Assembly (NCBI GenBank): GCA_050950285.1
Contig: JBMNHG010000011.1
Location: forward strand, 124,001 to 188,000
Direction of reading: 5' to 3'
DNA length: 64,000 bases
Source: Kiritimatiellia bacterium
GTDB lineage: Bacteria > Verrucomicrobiota > Kiritimatiellia > RFP12 > JBMNHG01
The notes beneath the pieces were generated by a model. It saw nothing but the letters and a program-made list of their open reading frames with translations, was not told the DNA's origin and did not search any database. The position numbers were made by a program, and so were the translations under genes. This document shows positions 38,801 through 48,135 of the stretch, piece by piece. Within the stretch, counting starts at the first letter, position 1; every line of letters begins with the position of its first letter.

Positions 38801-39862
38801 TTACACGTTCGGGATCGCGGGGTCGTCGATGGAGACGCGGCGCCCTTCGGCGTTGGAGATGTAGCAGGCGAGGATCATTCGGAGCGAATCGCGGCCCTCG
38901 CGGGCGTCGCAGATGGCCGGGCGTCTGCCGTGGAAGAAGTCGGAGAGGGGTTCGGCGAGGCCCTTCAGCCGCTCGTAGTGGATGGCGGGGCTGGGGATGT
39001 CGGAGTAGTGCCACCGGTCGTCCGAGGCGTCATACCAGCGGAGGCCCTTGTTGTCGGCGGGGCGCGGGGCCTTGGTTCCGGGGACGTCGCCGAAGTCCTG
39101 GAGGATGGTGCCGTTTTCGCAGATGATTTCGGTGGTGCTCTGCGCGGCGGTGCAGGTGAAGGAGCAGGCGACCTCCACGAGCGGGCCTCCGTCCGGGTAG
39201 CGGAAGATCACGATGCCGTTGTCGTTCGGGATCTTCGGGTTCAAGATGGTGGTCATTTCGGCGGTGACCGTCTCCGGCATGCCGAGGAGCCAGAGGATGA
39301 AGTCGGCGGGGTGCGAGCAGTCGTCCGCGAAGATGTCGCGGTTGAGTTCGGGCTGCACGTGCCAGCTGTTCTCGAACCACTCGCCCCACTTGTGGGTGGG
39401 GAGGCCGTGGCGTCGGCGCACTTGGGCCACCCTGCCGAGGGTTCCGGCGCGGAGCATGTCGCGCATGGCGATGTTTTGCGGGTCGGTCCGCATCTGCCAG
39501 GCGATGGTGAAGGGGACGTTGTGCGCTTCGACGGCGGCGACGATGCGGTCGGCCTGTTCCATCGTCACGGCCATGGGCTTCTGCATGCCGATGGCCTTGC
39601 CGGCGGCGGCGGCCTTCTCGGCGAGCGGCGCATGCCACGAGGTTTCGGACGAGATGAAGACCACGTCGATGTCCGCGCGGGCGAGCAGGGCGTCGAGGTC
39701 GGAGACCGCCTCCAGCCCATGCTTCTCCGCCGATTCGGCGAGGCGGCCCGCATCGTGGTCCCAGCAGGCGACGGCCTGCATGTCGAGTTCGGGGCGGGCT
39801 TTCCAGACTTCCAGGTACGCGCCGATGTGCGCGTGGGCGAAACCGAGGATGGCGACGTTCAT
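38801..39862 (-). CDS. Gfo/Idh/MocA-family oxidoreductase
   Basis: N-terminal Rossmann fold, DIDVVFI, AGK.I.MQKPMA, DDCSHPAD. Confidence 0.85.
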   Translation of the reverse strand: MNVAILGFAHAHIGAYLEVWKARPELDMQAVACWDHDAGRLAESAEKHGLEAVSDLDALLARADIDVVFISSETSWHAPLAEKAAAAGKAIGMQKPMAVTMEQADRIVAAVEAHNVPFTIAWQMRTDPQNIAMRDMLRAGTLGRVAQVRRRHGLPTHKWGEWFENSWHVQPELNRDIFADDCSHPADFILWLLGMPETVTAEMTTILNPKIPNDNGIVIFRYPDGGPLVEVACSFTCTAAQSTTEIICENGTILQDFGDVPGTKAPRPADNKGLRWYDASDDRWHYSDIPSPAIHYERLKGLAEPLSDFFHGRRPAICDAREGRDSLRMILACYISNAEGRRVSIDDPAIPNV

Positions 39863-39903
39863 GGGTTCTCCTTGTGCAAAAAAGAGTGGCGTCCGGGATG
39901 CTT

Positions 39904-40764
39904 CTACCAGCCGTCCGCAGGGCGTTCCGTGCGGCGTGCGGCGGGGGAGGCCGGTCTGGCCGGCGGTTCGGGAGCGTCCGGCTCCGGGGGAAGAATGGCG
40001 TCCAGAAGGAGCGAGGATTTGCGGTTGACCTTCTGCTGCTCCTCCATCACGCGGAGACCGTCGGCGTCGGAGCGGATGCGCGTCTCCTGGAAGCGGTTGC
40101 GGGTGGCCTGATGCCGCACGGTGATGGTTCCGTCCGGCGACAAGGAGAGGGTGGGCTTCGTGATGCGCACGACGGGGCCGAGGCGCAGGGTGGGGCTGGT
40201 CTGCTCGCCGCCGTCGTCGAGGCAGCGGAGGAAGAGGAATTCGCGGCGCGCGCGGGCGAGGTACACGAGATGCAGTTCGCGCAGATGGCCGGGACGGTCG
40301 GGGATGGGCTGGACGGCGGTGGCGAGCGTGATGCCCGGGACCACGCTGAAGGTCTTGAGATTCGTCTCGTACAGGCGGTCGCCGAGGATGAGCTTCGCGC
40401 GGAGGTAGTAGGTGCCCTGGCGGAGGATCGGGAAGAGGTCGTCCACATAAAAGGTGTCGCGGAAGACCTCGCCGGGGGCGAGCATGAGAGAGTCGATCAG
40501 TTCCGGGGAACCGAGCGGATCCATCTTTTTCCCGCCCGGCGCGGAGATTTCAAGAAAAAGGCGGTTTTGGGCGTAGGGGCCTACGGTGTCCACCACGACG
40601 GGCGTCGAGCCGACATCGGCCAGATGGAGCGTGAAGTCGATGGGCTCGCCGACAACGTAGGTGGCGTGCGAAAGCTGCAGCTCGAACTCGACCGTCTGCG
40701 CGCGGACGACGCCTGCGCCGGCGACAGCCAGTACGCCCCATGCCAGGAGAAAACGTTTCATCAT
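39904..40764 (-). CDS. Hypothetical secreted protein
   Basis: Signal peptide MKRFLLAWGVLAVAGAGVVRA; beta-rich sequence; start uncertain. Confidence 0.65.
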   Translation of the reverse strand: MMKRFLLAWGVLAVAGAGVVRAQTVEFELQLSHATYVVGEPIDFTLHLADVGSTPVVVDTVGPYAQNRLFLEISAPGGKKMDPLGSPELIDSLMLAPGEVFRDTFYVDDLFPILRQGTYYLRAKLILGDRLYETNLKTFSVVPGITLATAVQPIPDRPGHLRELHLVYLARARREFLFLRCLDDGGEQTSPTLRLGPVVRITKPTLSLSPDGTITVRHQATRNRFQETRIRSDADGLRVMEEQQKVNRKSSLLLDAILPPEPDAPEPPARPASPAARRTERPADGW

Positions 40765-40864
40765 GGCTTCCATTGTACGACATCGTGCCGGTCGCCGTCC
40801 AGCAAACTTGCGACGTTCTGTCACACCGCGCTCCCGTGCCCCCGCCGGGACAGGCCGTTTCACG

Positions 40865-42091
40865 TCAGAAGCCCGTGTCCCGGACGGAGCCATCGGGCTG
40901 CCGGACGACGCCGGACAGGGCGGCGGAAAGTTTGTGGAGGGTTTCCCCGGGGGAAAATCGGGCGAGGAGGGTCTTCCGTGCGGCGGCGGCGAGAGAGGCC
41001 CGGAGATCGTCGTCATCCAGCAGTTGGCGGATGGCGGACGCAAGCGCGGGCGGATCGTCGGGCGGCACGAGCCAACCATTCCGCCCGTGCTCCAAAACCT
41101 CTCCGGCGCATCCGCCCGTGGTGGTGACCACGGGGACTCCGTTGGCCATGGCCTCCAAAAGCACGTTCGCCACCCCGTCGCAATCCCCCGACGGCAATCT
41201 GCGGCTCGGAAGCACCAGCAGGTCGGCCTTCCGCAATTCCTCCATCGCCCGCGAATGGGGGAGGGCCCCCGAAAACTCCACTTCCACGGACCGGGGACAC
41301 TCCCCGGGATTCCGGGTCTCCCCCTTTTTCCCGCGAAGCCCGACTTCTTCCGCGAGCCGTTCCAATCGGAGGCGTTGCCCGCCTTCTCCGATCAACCTCA
41401 ACGTCGTGCTCCGTCTCGGGGTTTCGGGGAGGAGGGCACAGGCGCGGAGGAGGGTGTCGAAGCCTTTTTTGGGAACCAGTCGCCCGATCGCGAGGATGGT
41501 CCGGGCGGGATGCTCCCCCGCTTCGCTTCTCCGTCTGGGAAGGGGGGCAGGTTCCGGCATGTCGACGCCGTGGCGAATCCGGCGAATCCGGGAGGGGGGC
41601 AGGCCCGCTTCCATCAAACGGCTTGCCGCGGCCTGTGTGCAGGGCAGCAGGAGGGAGGCGGAGGCAAGACGGTGGCGGAGGAGCGGGAGGGGTTGCGCGA
41701 AGACGTCCCAGGCATGGATACGGCAGGCCCAGGGGATCCCGGAGATCCGCGAGGCCAGCGCGCACGCGTCCGCCGTCGTCCAGGCGAATTGCGCCAGGAA
41801 AAGATCCGGACGGGGATTGCCGCCCGCAAGACGGAGGGCGTCCCGCGAATGGCGAACCAGGGCAACCTTCTGCCGGAGGGGGAGGTGGCGGATGGTCTGG
41901 AGCAATGCCGGGACGAAGACGGAACCCGAAATGCCGGGACGGGTCCCCGGCCTGCCCGTTCCGGTTTGGCGGAGGCCGATTTCAGCGACCTTCCAGCCCA
42001 GTTCCCGCAACCCTTCCGTCTCGCGCCGGACAAAGGTCTCGGACGTGGCGGCAAGATCGGCGCAGACGATGAAGAGGGATCCTGGGGACAT
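40865..42091 (-). CDS. Glycosyltransferase family 4
   Basis: SETFVRRE, IGRLVPKKG, DGVANVLLEAMANGVPVV, GWLVPPDD. Confidence 0.85.
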   Translation of the reverse strand: MSPGSLFIVCADLAATSETFVRRETEGLRELGWKVAEIGLRQTGTGRPGTRPGISGSVFVPALLQTIRHLPLRQKVALVRHSRDALRLAGGNPRPDLFLAQFAWTTADACALASRISGIPWACRIHAWDVFAQPLPLLRHRLASASLLLPCTQAAASRLMEAGLPPSRIRRIRHGVDMPEPAPLPRRRSEAGEHPARTILAIGRLVPKKGFDTLLRACALLPETPRRSTTLRLIGEGGQRLRLERLAEEVGLRGKKGETRNPGECPRSVEVEFSGALPHSRAMEELRKADLLVLPSRRLPSGDCDGVANVLLEAMANGVPVVTTTGGCAGEVLEHGRNGWLVPPDDPPALASAIRQLLDDDDLRASLAAAARKTLLARFSPGETLHKLSAALSGVVRQPDGSVRDTGF

Positions 42092-42224
42092 GGGGCGGCT
42101 TCGGCAGGGGGCTTCGACGGGAGACACAATACCCATCCGGCGTTCGGGGTGTCAAATCCCGACTTCGTCCGGGAAACACCACGGGGCGATTGCCGAATTT
42201 GGAAGTTCGCGATATGCTTCCAGC

Positions 42225-43079
42225 ATGAACGACGAATTCCGCCTGGAATCCTATCTGGCCGAACGCCGCGCCTTCGTGGAAGGGGCGCTGCGGCGGATCC
42301 TCCCCTCCGGGACCGAGCGGCCCGCCTCCCTCTCCGCGGCGATGCGGCATGCCGTGCTGCTGGGCGGGAAACGCGTGCGCCCCATCCTGTGCCTCGCCGC
42401 CGCGGAGGCGGTGGGCGGTACGAAGGAAGACGCCCTCCCCGCCGCCCTCGCCATCGAGCTTCTCCACTCCTACACGCTCGTGCATGACGACCTCCCGTGC
42501 ATGGACAACGACCTGGTCCGCCGCGGCCAGCCCACCGTCCACGCCAAGTTCGGGGAGACCGTCGCCCTGCTTGCCGGCGATGCCCTGCAAGGGTTCGCCT
42601 TCCAGATGCTCGCCGCCACGGATGCGCCTCGCGCGGACGTCCGCGCCATGGCCGCCGAACTCGGTGCGGCCGCCGTGGGCGTGGTGCGGGGCCAGGTCGA
42701 GGATCTCGCCTTCGCCGGATGCGCCGATCCCGACACCGTGGCCTACGTGCACCTCCACAAGACCGCCGCTCTTTTCCGCGCGGCCGTCCGCATGGGCGCC
42801 CTCGCCGCAGGCGCGGCGCCGGAGACGCTCGCGAAACTGGCCGTCTACGCCGAGAACCTCGGCCTCGCCTTCCAGATCATCGACGACCTGCTCGATGCCG
42901 GCGAACCGCGCGAAGGGGAGGATGCCGAACTGACCTGCCTCTCCATCTGGTCGCCGGACGACGCCCGCGCCCGGGCCGCGCGCCGCACCTCCGCCGCCGT
43001 AGAGGCGCTGGAAGGCCTTCCCGGACCGACCGCCCCGCTGCGCGCCCTCGCCGGGCACATGCTGGAACGCGCCTGCTGA
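42225..43079 (+). CDS. ispA: Polyprenyl (farnesyl/geranylgeranyl) diphosphate synthase
   Basis: GGKRVRP, HDDLPCMDND.VRRGQPT, KTAALF, GLAFQIIDDLLD. Confidence 0.9.
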   Translation: MNDEFRLESYLAERRAFVEGALRRILPSGTERPASLSAAMRHAVLLGGKRVRPILCLAAAEAVGGTKEDALPAALAIELLHSYTLVHDDLPCMDNDLVRRGQPTVHAKFGETVALLAGDALQGFAFQMLAATDAPRADVRAMAAELGAAAVGVVRGQVEDLAFAGCADPDTVAYVHLHKTAALFRAAVRMGALAAGAAPETLAKLAVYAENLGLAFQIIDDLLDAGEPREGEDAELTCLSIWSPDDARARAARRTSAAVEALEGLPGPTAPLRALAGHMLERAC

Positions 43080-43110
43080 GCACACCCCCCCCCCATAGGA
43101 AACCCTCCCC

Positions 43111-44253
43111 ATGGACACGCGAACACACTCCCTGCCTCCCTTCGTTTCGGACGTTCCGCCCGATCTTTTCCGCATGCAGGACGGCACGCCCGTCCGGACC
43201 ATCGAAGAATGGGAATCCCTCCGTCGCCCCGAACTGCTTCGCCTTTTCGCGGAGAACGTCTTCGGCGTGCGGCCCGTGGAACGCCCCGCCTCGCTGGCCT
43301 TCGCGCCGGTTCTGCCCGACCGCGTGATGATGGAGGGCGCGGCGATCCGGAAATCCGTTCGCGCAAGCTATGCGGGCCCCGGCGGGGCGGGCCACTTCGA
43401 CCTTGTCGCCTTCCTCCCCATCCGCGAGTCCGCCGTGCCCGCCATCGTCTTCCTCTGCAACCGTCCCAAGGAGGAGCACATCGAGCCGGACCGGACCGTG
43501 AAAAGCGAGTTCTGGCCCGCCGAGGAGATCGTCGCCCGGGGGTTCGCCGCGATCGCCTTCCACCTGGGTTCCGTGGTGCCCGACGAGGCGGACGGGTTCG
43601 ACGGACATCTCCAGTCGCTCTTCGCGAAGGATCCCGCCGACCGCACGGACGCCTCCTGGGGAACGCTTTCCGCCTGGGCGTGGTGCGCGAGCCGGGTGAT
43701 GGACTGGCTGGAGACGCAGCCCGGAATCGACGCCCGGCGCGTGGGCGTCGCGGGCCATTCCCGGGGCGGCAAGACGGCGCTTTGGTGCGCGGCCACCGAT
43801 GAACGGTTCGCCATGGCGGTCTCGAGCTGCTCCGGATGCGGCGGCGCGAAGTTGAACCGCGCCAACCTCCCGGAATCCGAGCACATCGCGCAGATTACCC
43901 GGACGTTCCCCCACTGGTTCTGCAGGAACTACCGCGCCTTCGCGGGGCGCGACGCCGAGACGCCCTTCGACCATCATGCATTGCTGGCGCTGGTCGCACC
44001 GCGCCCGCTGTACGTCTTTTCGGCTTCGGAAGACCCTTGGGCGGGACCGCCCGGCGAATTCGCCTCCGCGTTCCTGGCCTCCCCGGCCTGGGAACGGTAT
44101 GGGAAGCGGGGGCTGGTCTCCGGGGGGACGCTTCCGCCGGACGACACGCCCTTGCACGAAGGTTCCATCGGCTACCACATCCACGCGGGCCCGCACGACT
44201 TCACCGGCGCCGACTGGAGGCACGTCCTCGACTTCGCCCAGGCCAAGCTCTGA
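43111..44253 (+). CDS. CE15-like (glucuronoyl/acetylxylan) esterase
   Basis: WGTLSAWAW..SRVMD, GHSRGGK nucleophile motif, PFDHHALLALVAPRP. Confidence 0.8.
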   Translation: MDTRTHSLPPFVSDVPPDLFRMQDGTPVRTIEEWESLRRPELLRLFAENVFGVRPVERPASLAFAPVLPDRVMMEGAAIRKSVRASYAGPGGAGHFDLVAFLPIRESAVPAIVFLCNRPKEEHIEPDRTVKSEFWPAEEIVARGFAAIAFHLGSVVPDEADGFDGHLQSLFAKDPADRTDASWGTLSAWAWCASRVMDWLETQPGIDARRVGVAGHSRGGKTALWCAATDERFAMAVSSCSGCGGAKLNRANLPESEHIAQITRTFPHWFCRNYRAFAGRDAETPFDHHALLALVAPRPLYVFSASEDPWAGPPGEFASAFLASPAWERYGKRGLVSGGTLPPDDTPLHEGSIGYHIHAGPHDFTGADWRHVLDFAQAKL

Positions 44254-44301
44254 CGCCCTCCCCGGCCCCCGCGACGCGCACGCGAAGCGGGACGCAAGTC
44301 C

Positions 44302-44345
44302 AAAAAAAAACGGCGCGCCGCTTTTTTCGCGGCACGCCGTTTTCC
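44302..44345. repeat. Palindromic element copy 3 between convergent genes (possible bidirectional terminator)
   Basis: A9-CGGCGCGCCG-C-T6-CGCGGCA; shares the downstream TTTCGCGGCA with copy 1. Confidence 0.7.
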
Positions 44346-44362
44346 GAAGAGGCCGGGCGGAA

Positions 44363-44884
44363 TCAGGTCTCGGGTTCAGGGGTCTTTTCCTTGAGGATGC
44401 AGCACTTCTTGTACTTGAGGCCGCTTCCGCAGGGACACGGGTCGTTTCGGCCGATGCGCGGTTCTTCGCGGCGGATGGGGTCGGATCCGATGATCTTGCC
44501 GTCGATGAAACGCCATTCGCCTTTGATTTTCGCGAACTGCGCGCGTTCGTGATGGTCGAAGACCTTGTCCTTCATGTTGTAGTGGGCGATGAACTCCACC
44601 ATGCCGGTCTCGTCGTCCTCGCCGCCGGCCTCGGTGGAGAGGATTTCGATGCCCGTCCACTCGGCGGACTCCGCCCACTTCTTGTTGCCGGCGGCGTCGA
44701 ATTCGCGCCGCACCCGCGGGCCGGCGCTCTTGAAGAGGAAGTCGATGTCCGCCATCGCGAAAGCCGAATAGCGGGCGCGCATCAGCGCCGCGGCGGTGGG
44801 GGCCTGGGTCTGGCCGATCAGGATGGACTCGCAGCACTCTTCGAAAGGGAGGCCGCTTCCGCAGGGGCAGGTATCGTTCGCCAT
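44363..44884 (-). CDS. ychJ: YchJ-family protein with SEC-C motifs
   Basis: CPCGSG...[40 protein letters not shown]. Confidence 0.9.
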   Translation of the reverse strand: MANDTCPCGSGLPFEECCESILIGQTQAPTAAALMRARYSAFAMADIDFLFKSAGPRVRREFDAAGNKKWAESAEWTGIEILSTEAGGEDDETGMVEFIAHYNMKDKVFDHHERAQFAKIKGEWRFIDGKIIGSDPIRREEPRIGRNDPCPCGSGLKYKKCCILKEKTPEPET

Positions 44885-45037
44885 GTCGGGATGTCTCCGA
44901 AAAACACAGAAAACCCCAGTTTATCGCAGATCCCTCCCCGCAGGGAAGCCGATTTTCCCGCCGCCGTTTCTTTTGGGCGCATCTCCGTTTTGCTCCCCAC
45001 CTCGTCCATCGGGAAGACTGGGGCAGGTTTTGAGGGG

Positions 45038-45334
45038 CTAGCGTTGTCGCGACTTTGCCAGTGCCAGCGAGGCCAGAACCAGTTCTTCGCAAAGGCGCTT
45101 GAACGTCTGGTAGTTTTCGAGTTCTGCCTTCACACGTTCCAGATCGGCTTCGCGTACATAGTCCGAGCGGCTTCGCTTCTGGATCGTGTAGCTGATCTGG
45201 TAGAACGGCCCGGCCTTCTCCTTGGGCTTTTGGTATTGCACGCTGAGCCGTCCGGGGCGCATGGGCCCGAGAGCCACGATCTGCTCTTTGATGGCACGAA
45301 TCTTCTCTTCATCGCCTGAGGTGTCTTTTTCCAT
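45038..45334 (-). CDS. Small IS accessory protein, DUF6788-like
   Basis: 98 aa with RBS AAAGGAG; MRPGRLSVQY...GPFYQISYT..KRSRSDYVR...NYQTFKRL pattern as recalled for DUF6788. Confidence 0.7.
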   Translation of the reverse strand: MEKDTSGDEEKIRAIKEQIVALGPMRPGRLSVQYQKPKEKAGPFYQISYTIQKRSRSDYVREADLERVKAELENYQTFKRLCEELVLASLALAKSRQR

Positions 45335-45342
45335 CTGGTTTC

Positions 45343-45398
45343 TCCTTTCGCGCTTGATACTATAGCATTCGAATGCTATAGTATCAAGCGCGAAAGGA
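45343..45398. promoter_or_regulatory. Perfect 56-bp palindrome forming a symmetric bidirectional sigma70-type promoter plus SD-like sequence
   Basis: TCCTTTCGCGCTTGATACTATAGCATTC|GAATGCTATAGTATCAAGCGCGAAAGGA; TTGATA-17 bp-TATAGT and AAAGGA occur on both strands. Confidence 0.8.
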
Positions 45399-45408
45399 AG
45401 GAAAGACA

Positions 45409-46665
45409 ATGGAAACCTGCAAAAACCTGATCGAAGCCGAAAAGGCAATCCAGCGCAAACACATGGAACTGGCCCGCAGGGAGTACGAAGACTACCTGCA
45501 GAGGCTCGCGGAGAGCACCCCCTCCGAGGGAAGCGACGGGAAGCCGCTCGTCAAGACCAGGACGATCGGCATGAGGGTCGCGACCGGGTTCGGGCCGGTT
45601 GAACTGAAAGTGAAGAACGGGCTCTGCCGGTCGTCCGGTCGGTACGAGACGCCGATGCGCCTGCGCTTTTTCGGCGGCAGGCGCGGCTGCGTCTCCCCCG
45701 CGTTCGAGATGAGGATCGCGGCGACGGCCATGGAGACGGGATCGTTCGAGAAAGCCTCGAAGCTCTGCAGGGAATGGGGGTGCCCCGTCAGCGACGACAA
45801 GGTCATGGACGTCGTCAGGGACATCGCCGGGCGCTGCGAGGAAGGGAAGCTTCCCCGGCTCTGCGAGGAGGCGGCGGGGAGCGAGGACACGCTGGTGATC
45901 ATGATGGACGGCTGGTTCGCCCGGCACCGCGGGGCGGGATGGGGGAAGCGCAACCCAAGAGCCGCCGAGCGCGTGGAATGGCGCGAGATGAAGTCGGCGA
46001 CAATCTTCAAGCTCGCCCACGCCGCGGAGACAAGCGGGGGAAGGCGCGTGCTTGTCACCAAGCACGCAGTCTGCATGCCGGCCGGCACGGATCCGGTCGA
46101 CTTCGGCCGGAAGGTCGAATTCGAGGCGCGGCGGATGGGGATGATGCAGGCGAAGTTCGTCTACATCGTCATGGACGGCGGCACCTACCTCTGGAACATC
46201 TTCGAGGACAGGTTCGCCACCATCGCCGAAGGGACGCTGGACTACTACCACGCCACCGAGCATCTCGGCGCGCTCGCCGCGGCGCTCTTCCCGGACGACG
46301 AGCCCGCGCGAAAGGCATGGCTTTCGGAGCGTTGCAGGAAGCTCAAGCGGTACGGGGGGAAGACGCTACTCGATATCCTCAAGGCGCACGAAGGCGATGG
46401 ATGCTGGGACGCGAAGGCCGTGCAACGCGAGACGGAATATTTCATGAAGCACAAGGACCACATGGACTACCTCAGGCAGCGCAGGCTGGGGCGCCCCATC
46501 GGAAGCGGCGCGGTCGAATCGCTTTGTTCGCAGTTGCAGAACCGCTTCAAGCGGTGCGGCCAGTTCTGGTCCGCAGTCGGGCTCGAGTCATTCCTGAAGG
46601 CGTACATATGGTACGTCAACGGGGAGCTCCACCACTGCTGCGCCCAGGCAGCAGTCCCAGCGTAG
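45409..46665 (+). CDS. DDE transposase, Mutator-like/IS256 superfamily (ISLre2/ISKra4-type)
   Basis: IMMDG, VMDGGTYLW, LDYYHATEHL (D-x-x-H), IGSGAVES. Confidence 0.9.
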   Translation: METCKNLIEAEKAIQRKHMELARREYEDYLQRLAESTPSEGSDGKPLVKTRTIGMRVATGFGPVELKVKNGLCRSSGRYETPMRLRFFGGRRGCVSPAFEMRIAATAMETGSFEKASKLCREWGCPVSDDKVMDVVRDIAGRCEEGKLPRLCEEAAGSEDTLVIMMDGWFARHRGAGWGKRNPRAAERVEWREMKSATIFKLAHAAETSGGRRVLVTKHAVCMPAGTDPVDFGRKVEFEARRMGMMQAKFVYIVMDGGTYLWNIFEDRFATIAEGTLDYYHATEHLGALAAALFPDDEPARKAWLSERCRKLKRYGGKTLLDILKAHEGDGCWDAKAVQRETEYFMKHKDHMDYLRQRRLGRPIGSGAVESLCSQLQNRFKRCGQFWSAVGLESFLKAYIWYVNGELHHCCAQAAVPA

Positions 46666-46833
46666 CCGGTAGCAAAACGGAGATGCGCCCGTTTCTTTTT
46701 CTTTTTCTACGACTTTCTGCTGTATGCCAAAATTAAAACACGCCACAATGCATAGCATTGTTTACGAACCCGGCCACAAATAGCGCTGCGCACGGAGATT
46801 CAGGCATGGGGAGCTGGAATTTGGAGCTGGGGA

Positions 46834-46884
46834 AGGGGCACGGACATTCCTGTCCGTGTCACGGGTTGGAAAACCCGTGCCCCT
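46834..46884. repeat. REP-like doublet (two hairpins in inverted orientation)
   Basis: AGGGG-CACGGACA-TTCC-TGTCCGTG-T-CACGGGTT-GGAA-AACCCGTG-CCCCT. Confidence 0.6.
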
Positions 46885-46959
46885 GTTTTGCGGTATGAAT
46901 TGCGGCCGAGTTAGTAACGCACTTTCCTTTTTTGATATCGGCCCGCCGTGGCTCGGGGG

Positions 46960-47934
46960 TCAGTCGCCGTAGCGTTCGTGGCTGATTGCGCGGAATTCCT
47001 CGCACATGGCCTGGATGGCTTCCCGGGTGTGGCCGGCGCCCTTGGGGTCGGTGTACCAGCGCGGGAGGAAGCCGCCCTTGGGCGTGGCGAAAGCGTCGGC
47101 CATCCTGCGGCAGTAGGCGCGGATTTCGCCGGGGTTTCCGCGCGCCATCGTGTGCTGGATGTCCACCGGGCTGTAGAAGGCGAGGCGTCCGCGGAAGCGT
47201 TCCCCGAGGGTTTCGAGGCCCATGTTCTCCTGCTGGTCCATGTGGATGACGTCCAGGCCGATCTCGATGAGGTCGTCGAGGATGTCCACGATGTAGCCGC
47301 ACGAATGGAGGAAGGTCCGCAGGCCGAGTTCGCGGCAGCGCCCGAAGACGCGGGCGTAGCGGGGCTTCCACAAGGTGCGCCAGGTTTCGGGAGCGATCAT
47401 GAGGCGGTCCTGCAGGCCCCAGTCGTCGCAGAAGATGAACCCGTCCACGCCGGCGGAGGCGTACTGCTCCATCGCGTGGAGGTTCATGTCCGCCAGGAGG
47501 TCGATGAGCCGGCAGAGTTTTTCGGGCTCCTCGTAGATGTCGCACCAGGTGTTCTCGAGACCGCGGATGAAGTGGATCCGCTCGTACATGGAGACGCCGT
47601 AGCCCAGCAGGAAGCGGTCTCCCGCGTTCTTCCGCGCCTCCTTCAGTCCGGCGTAGCGCGCGGGGTCGCGGAAGTCCGGGATGCGGAGCTTCGGGAGATC
47701 GTCCCACGTGGGCAGGGCGTATCGCTTCACTTCGCCGAGCTGGCAGACGCCGATGTTGTCCCATACGGAGCCCCACTCGTCCACGCCAATGCCGCCGGGC
47801 GGCCGGTCGTCGGGCGAAGGCCGCATCCCGCATCCGGCGAAGTCGCATCCATAGGGGTCGGGGAAGTCCCGGGCGAAGCGGTCGGGACCGGTGAAGGCGA
47901 TTGTGTTCTGCACGACCTCGCGGGGTGTCTGCAT
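46960..47934 (-). CDS. Uroporphyrinogen decarboxylase (URO-D)/MtaA-like family protein
   Basis: VDEWGSVW, RGLEN, DDWGLQ, FLHSCG, DLIEIGLDVI, VDIQHTM. Confidence 0.82.
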   Translation of the reverse strand: MQTPREVVQNTIAFTGPDRFARDFPDPYGCDFAGCGMRPSPDDRPPGGIGVDEWGSVWDNIGVCQLGEVKRYALPTWDDLPKLRIPDFRDPARYAGLKEARKNAGDRFLLGYGVSMYERIHFIRGLENTWCDIYEEPEKLCRLIDLLADMNLHAMEQYASAGVDGFIFCDDWGLQDRLMIAPETWRTLWKPRYARVFGRCRELGLRTFLHSCGYIVDILDDLIEIGLDVIHMDQQENMGLETLGERFRGRLAFYSPVDIQHTMARGNPGEIRAYCRRMADAFATPKGGFLPRWYTDPKGAGHTREAIQAMCEEFRAISHERYGD

Positions 47935-48093
47935 GGGGAGTCTCCTTTTTCGCGGCGTGCCGCTTTTTGGAGGGTTCGTGGACGGCGCGCCCCCGCCGCA
48001 GCAGGAGGAGGAGGACGGTGCCCAGGGTGGCGTCGGCGCCCATCGCCATGATCGGGTTGAGGAGGAAGTGGGTGGGCCACCGCCATTTCCGCG

Positions 48094-48122
48094 ATTGTAG
48101 AGGGAATCCCGGAGGCTGTAAA
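48094..48122 (-). promoter_or_regulatory. Putative sigma70 promoter upstream of the URO-D-like gene
   Basis: TTTACA-17 bp-TACAAT on the minus strand. Confidence 0.5.
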
Positions 48123-48135
48123 GCCTCGTCGTTCC

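Larger units (their letters stand above)
44975..46690 (+). mobile_element. Complete 1716-bp insertion sequence, Mutator-like (ISLre2/ISKra4-type)
   Basis: Perfect 20-bp TIRs GGGCGCATCTCCGTTTTGCT (44975-44994 and 46671-46690); 9-bp target duplication GTTTCTTTT (44966-44974 and 46691-46699). Confidence 0.92.

Noticed and set aside
47935..48090. Hydrophobic stretch FLLNPIMAMGADATLGTVLLLLLRRG as a gene or leader peptide
   Set aside because: It runs into a shadow frame over the URO-D gene with no clear stop or RBS; at most an unassignable remnant.
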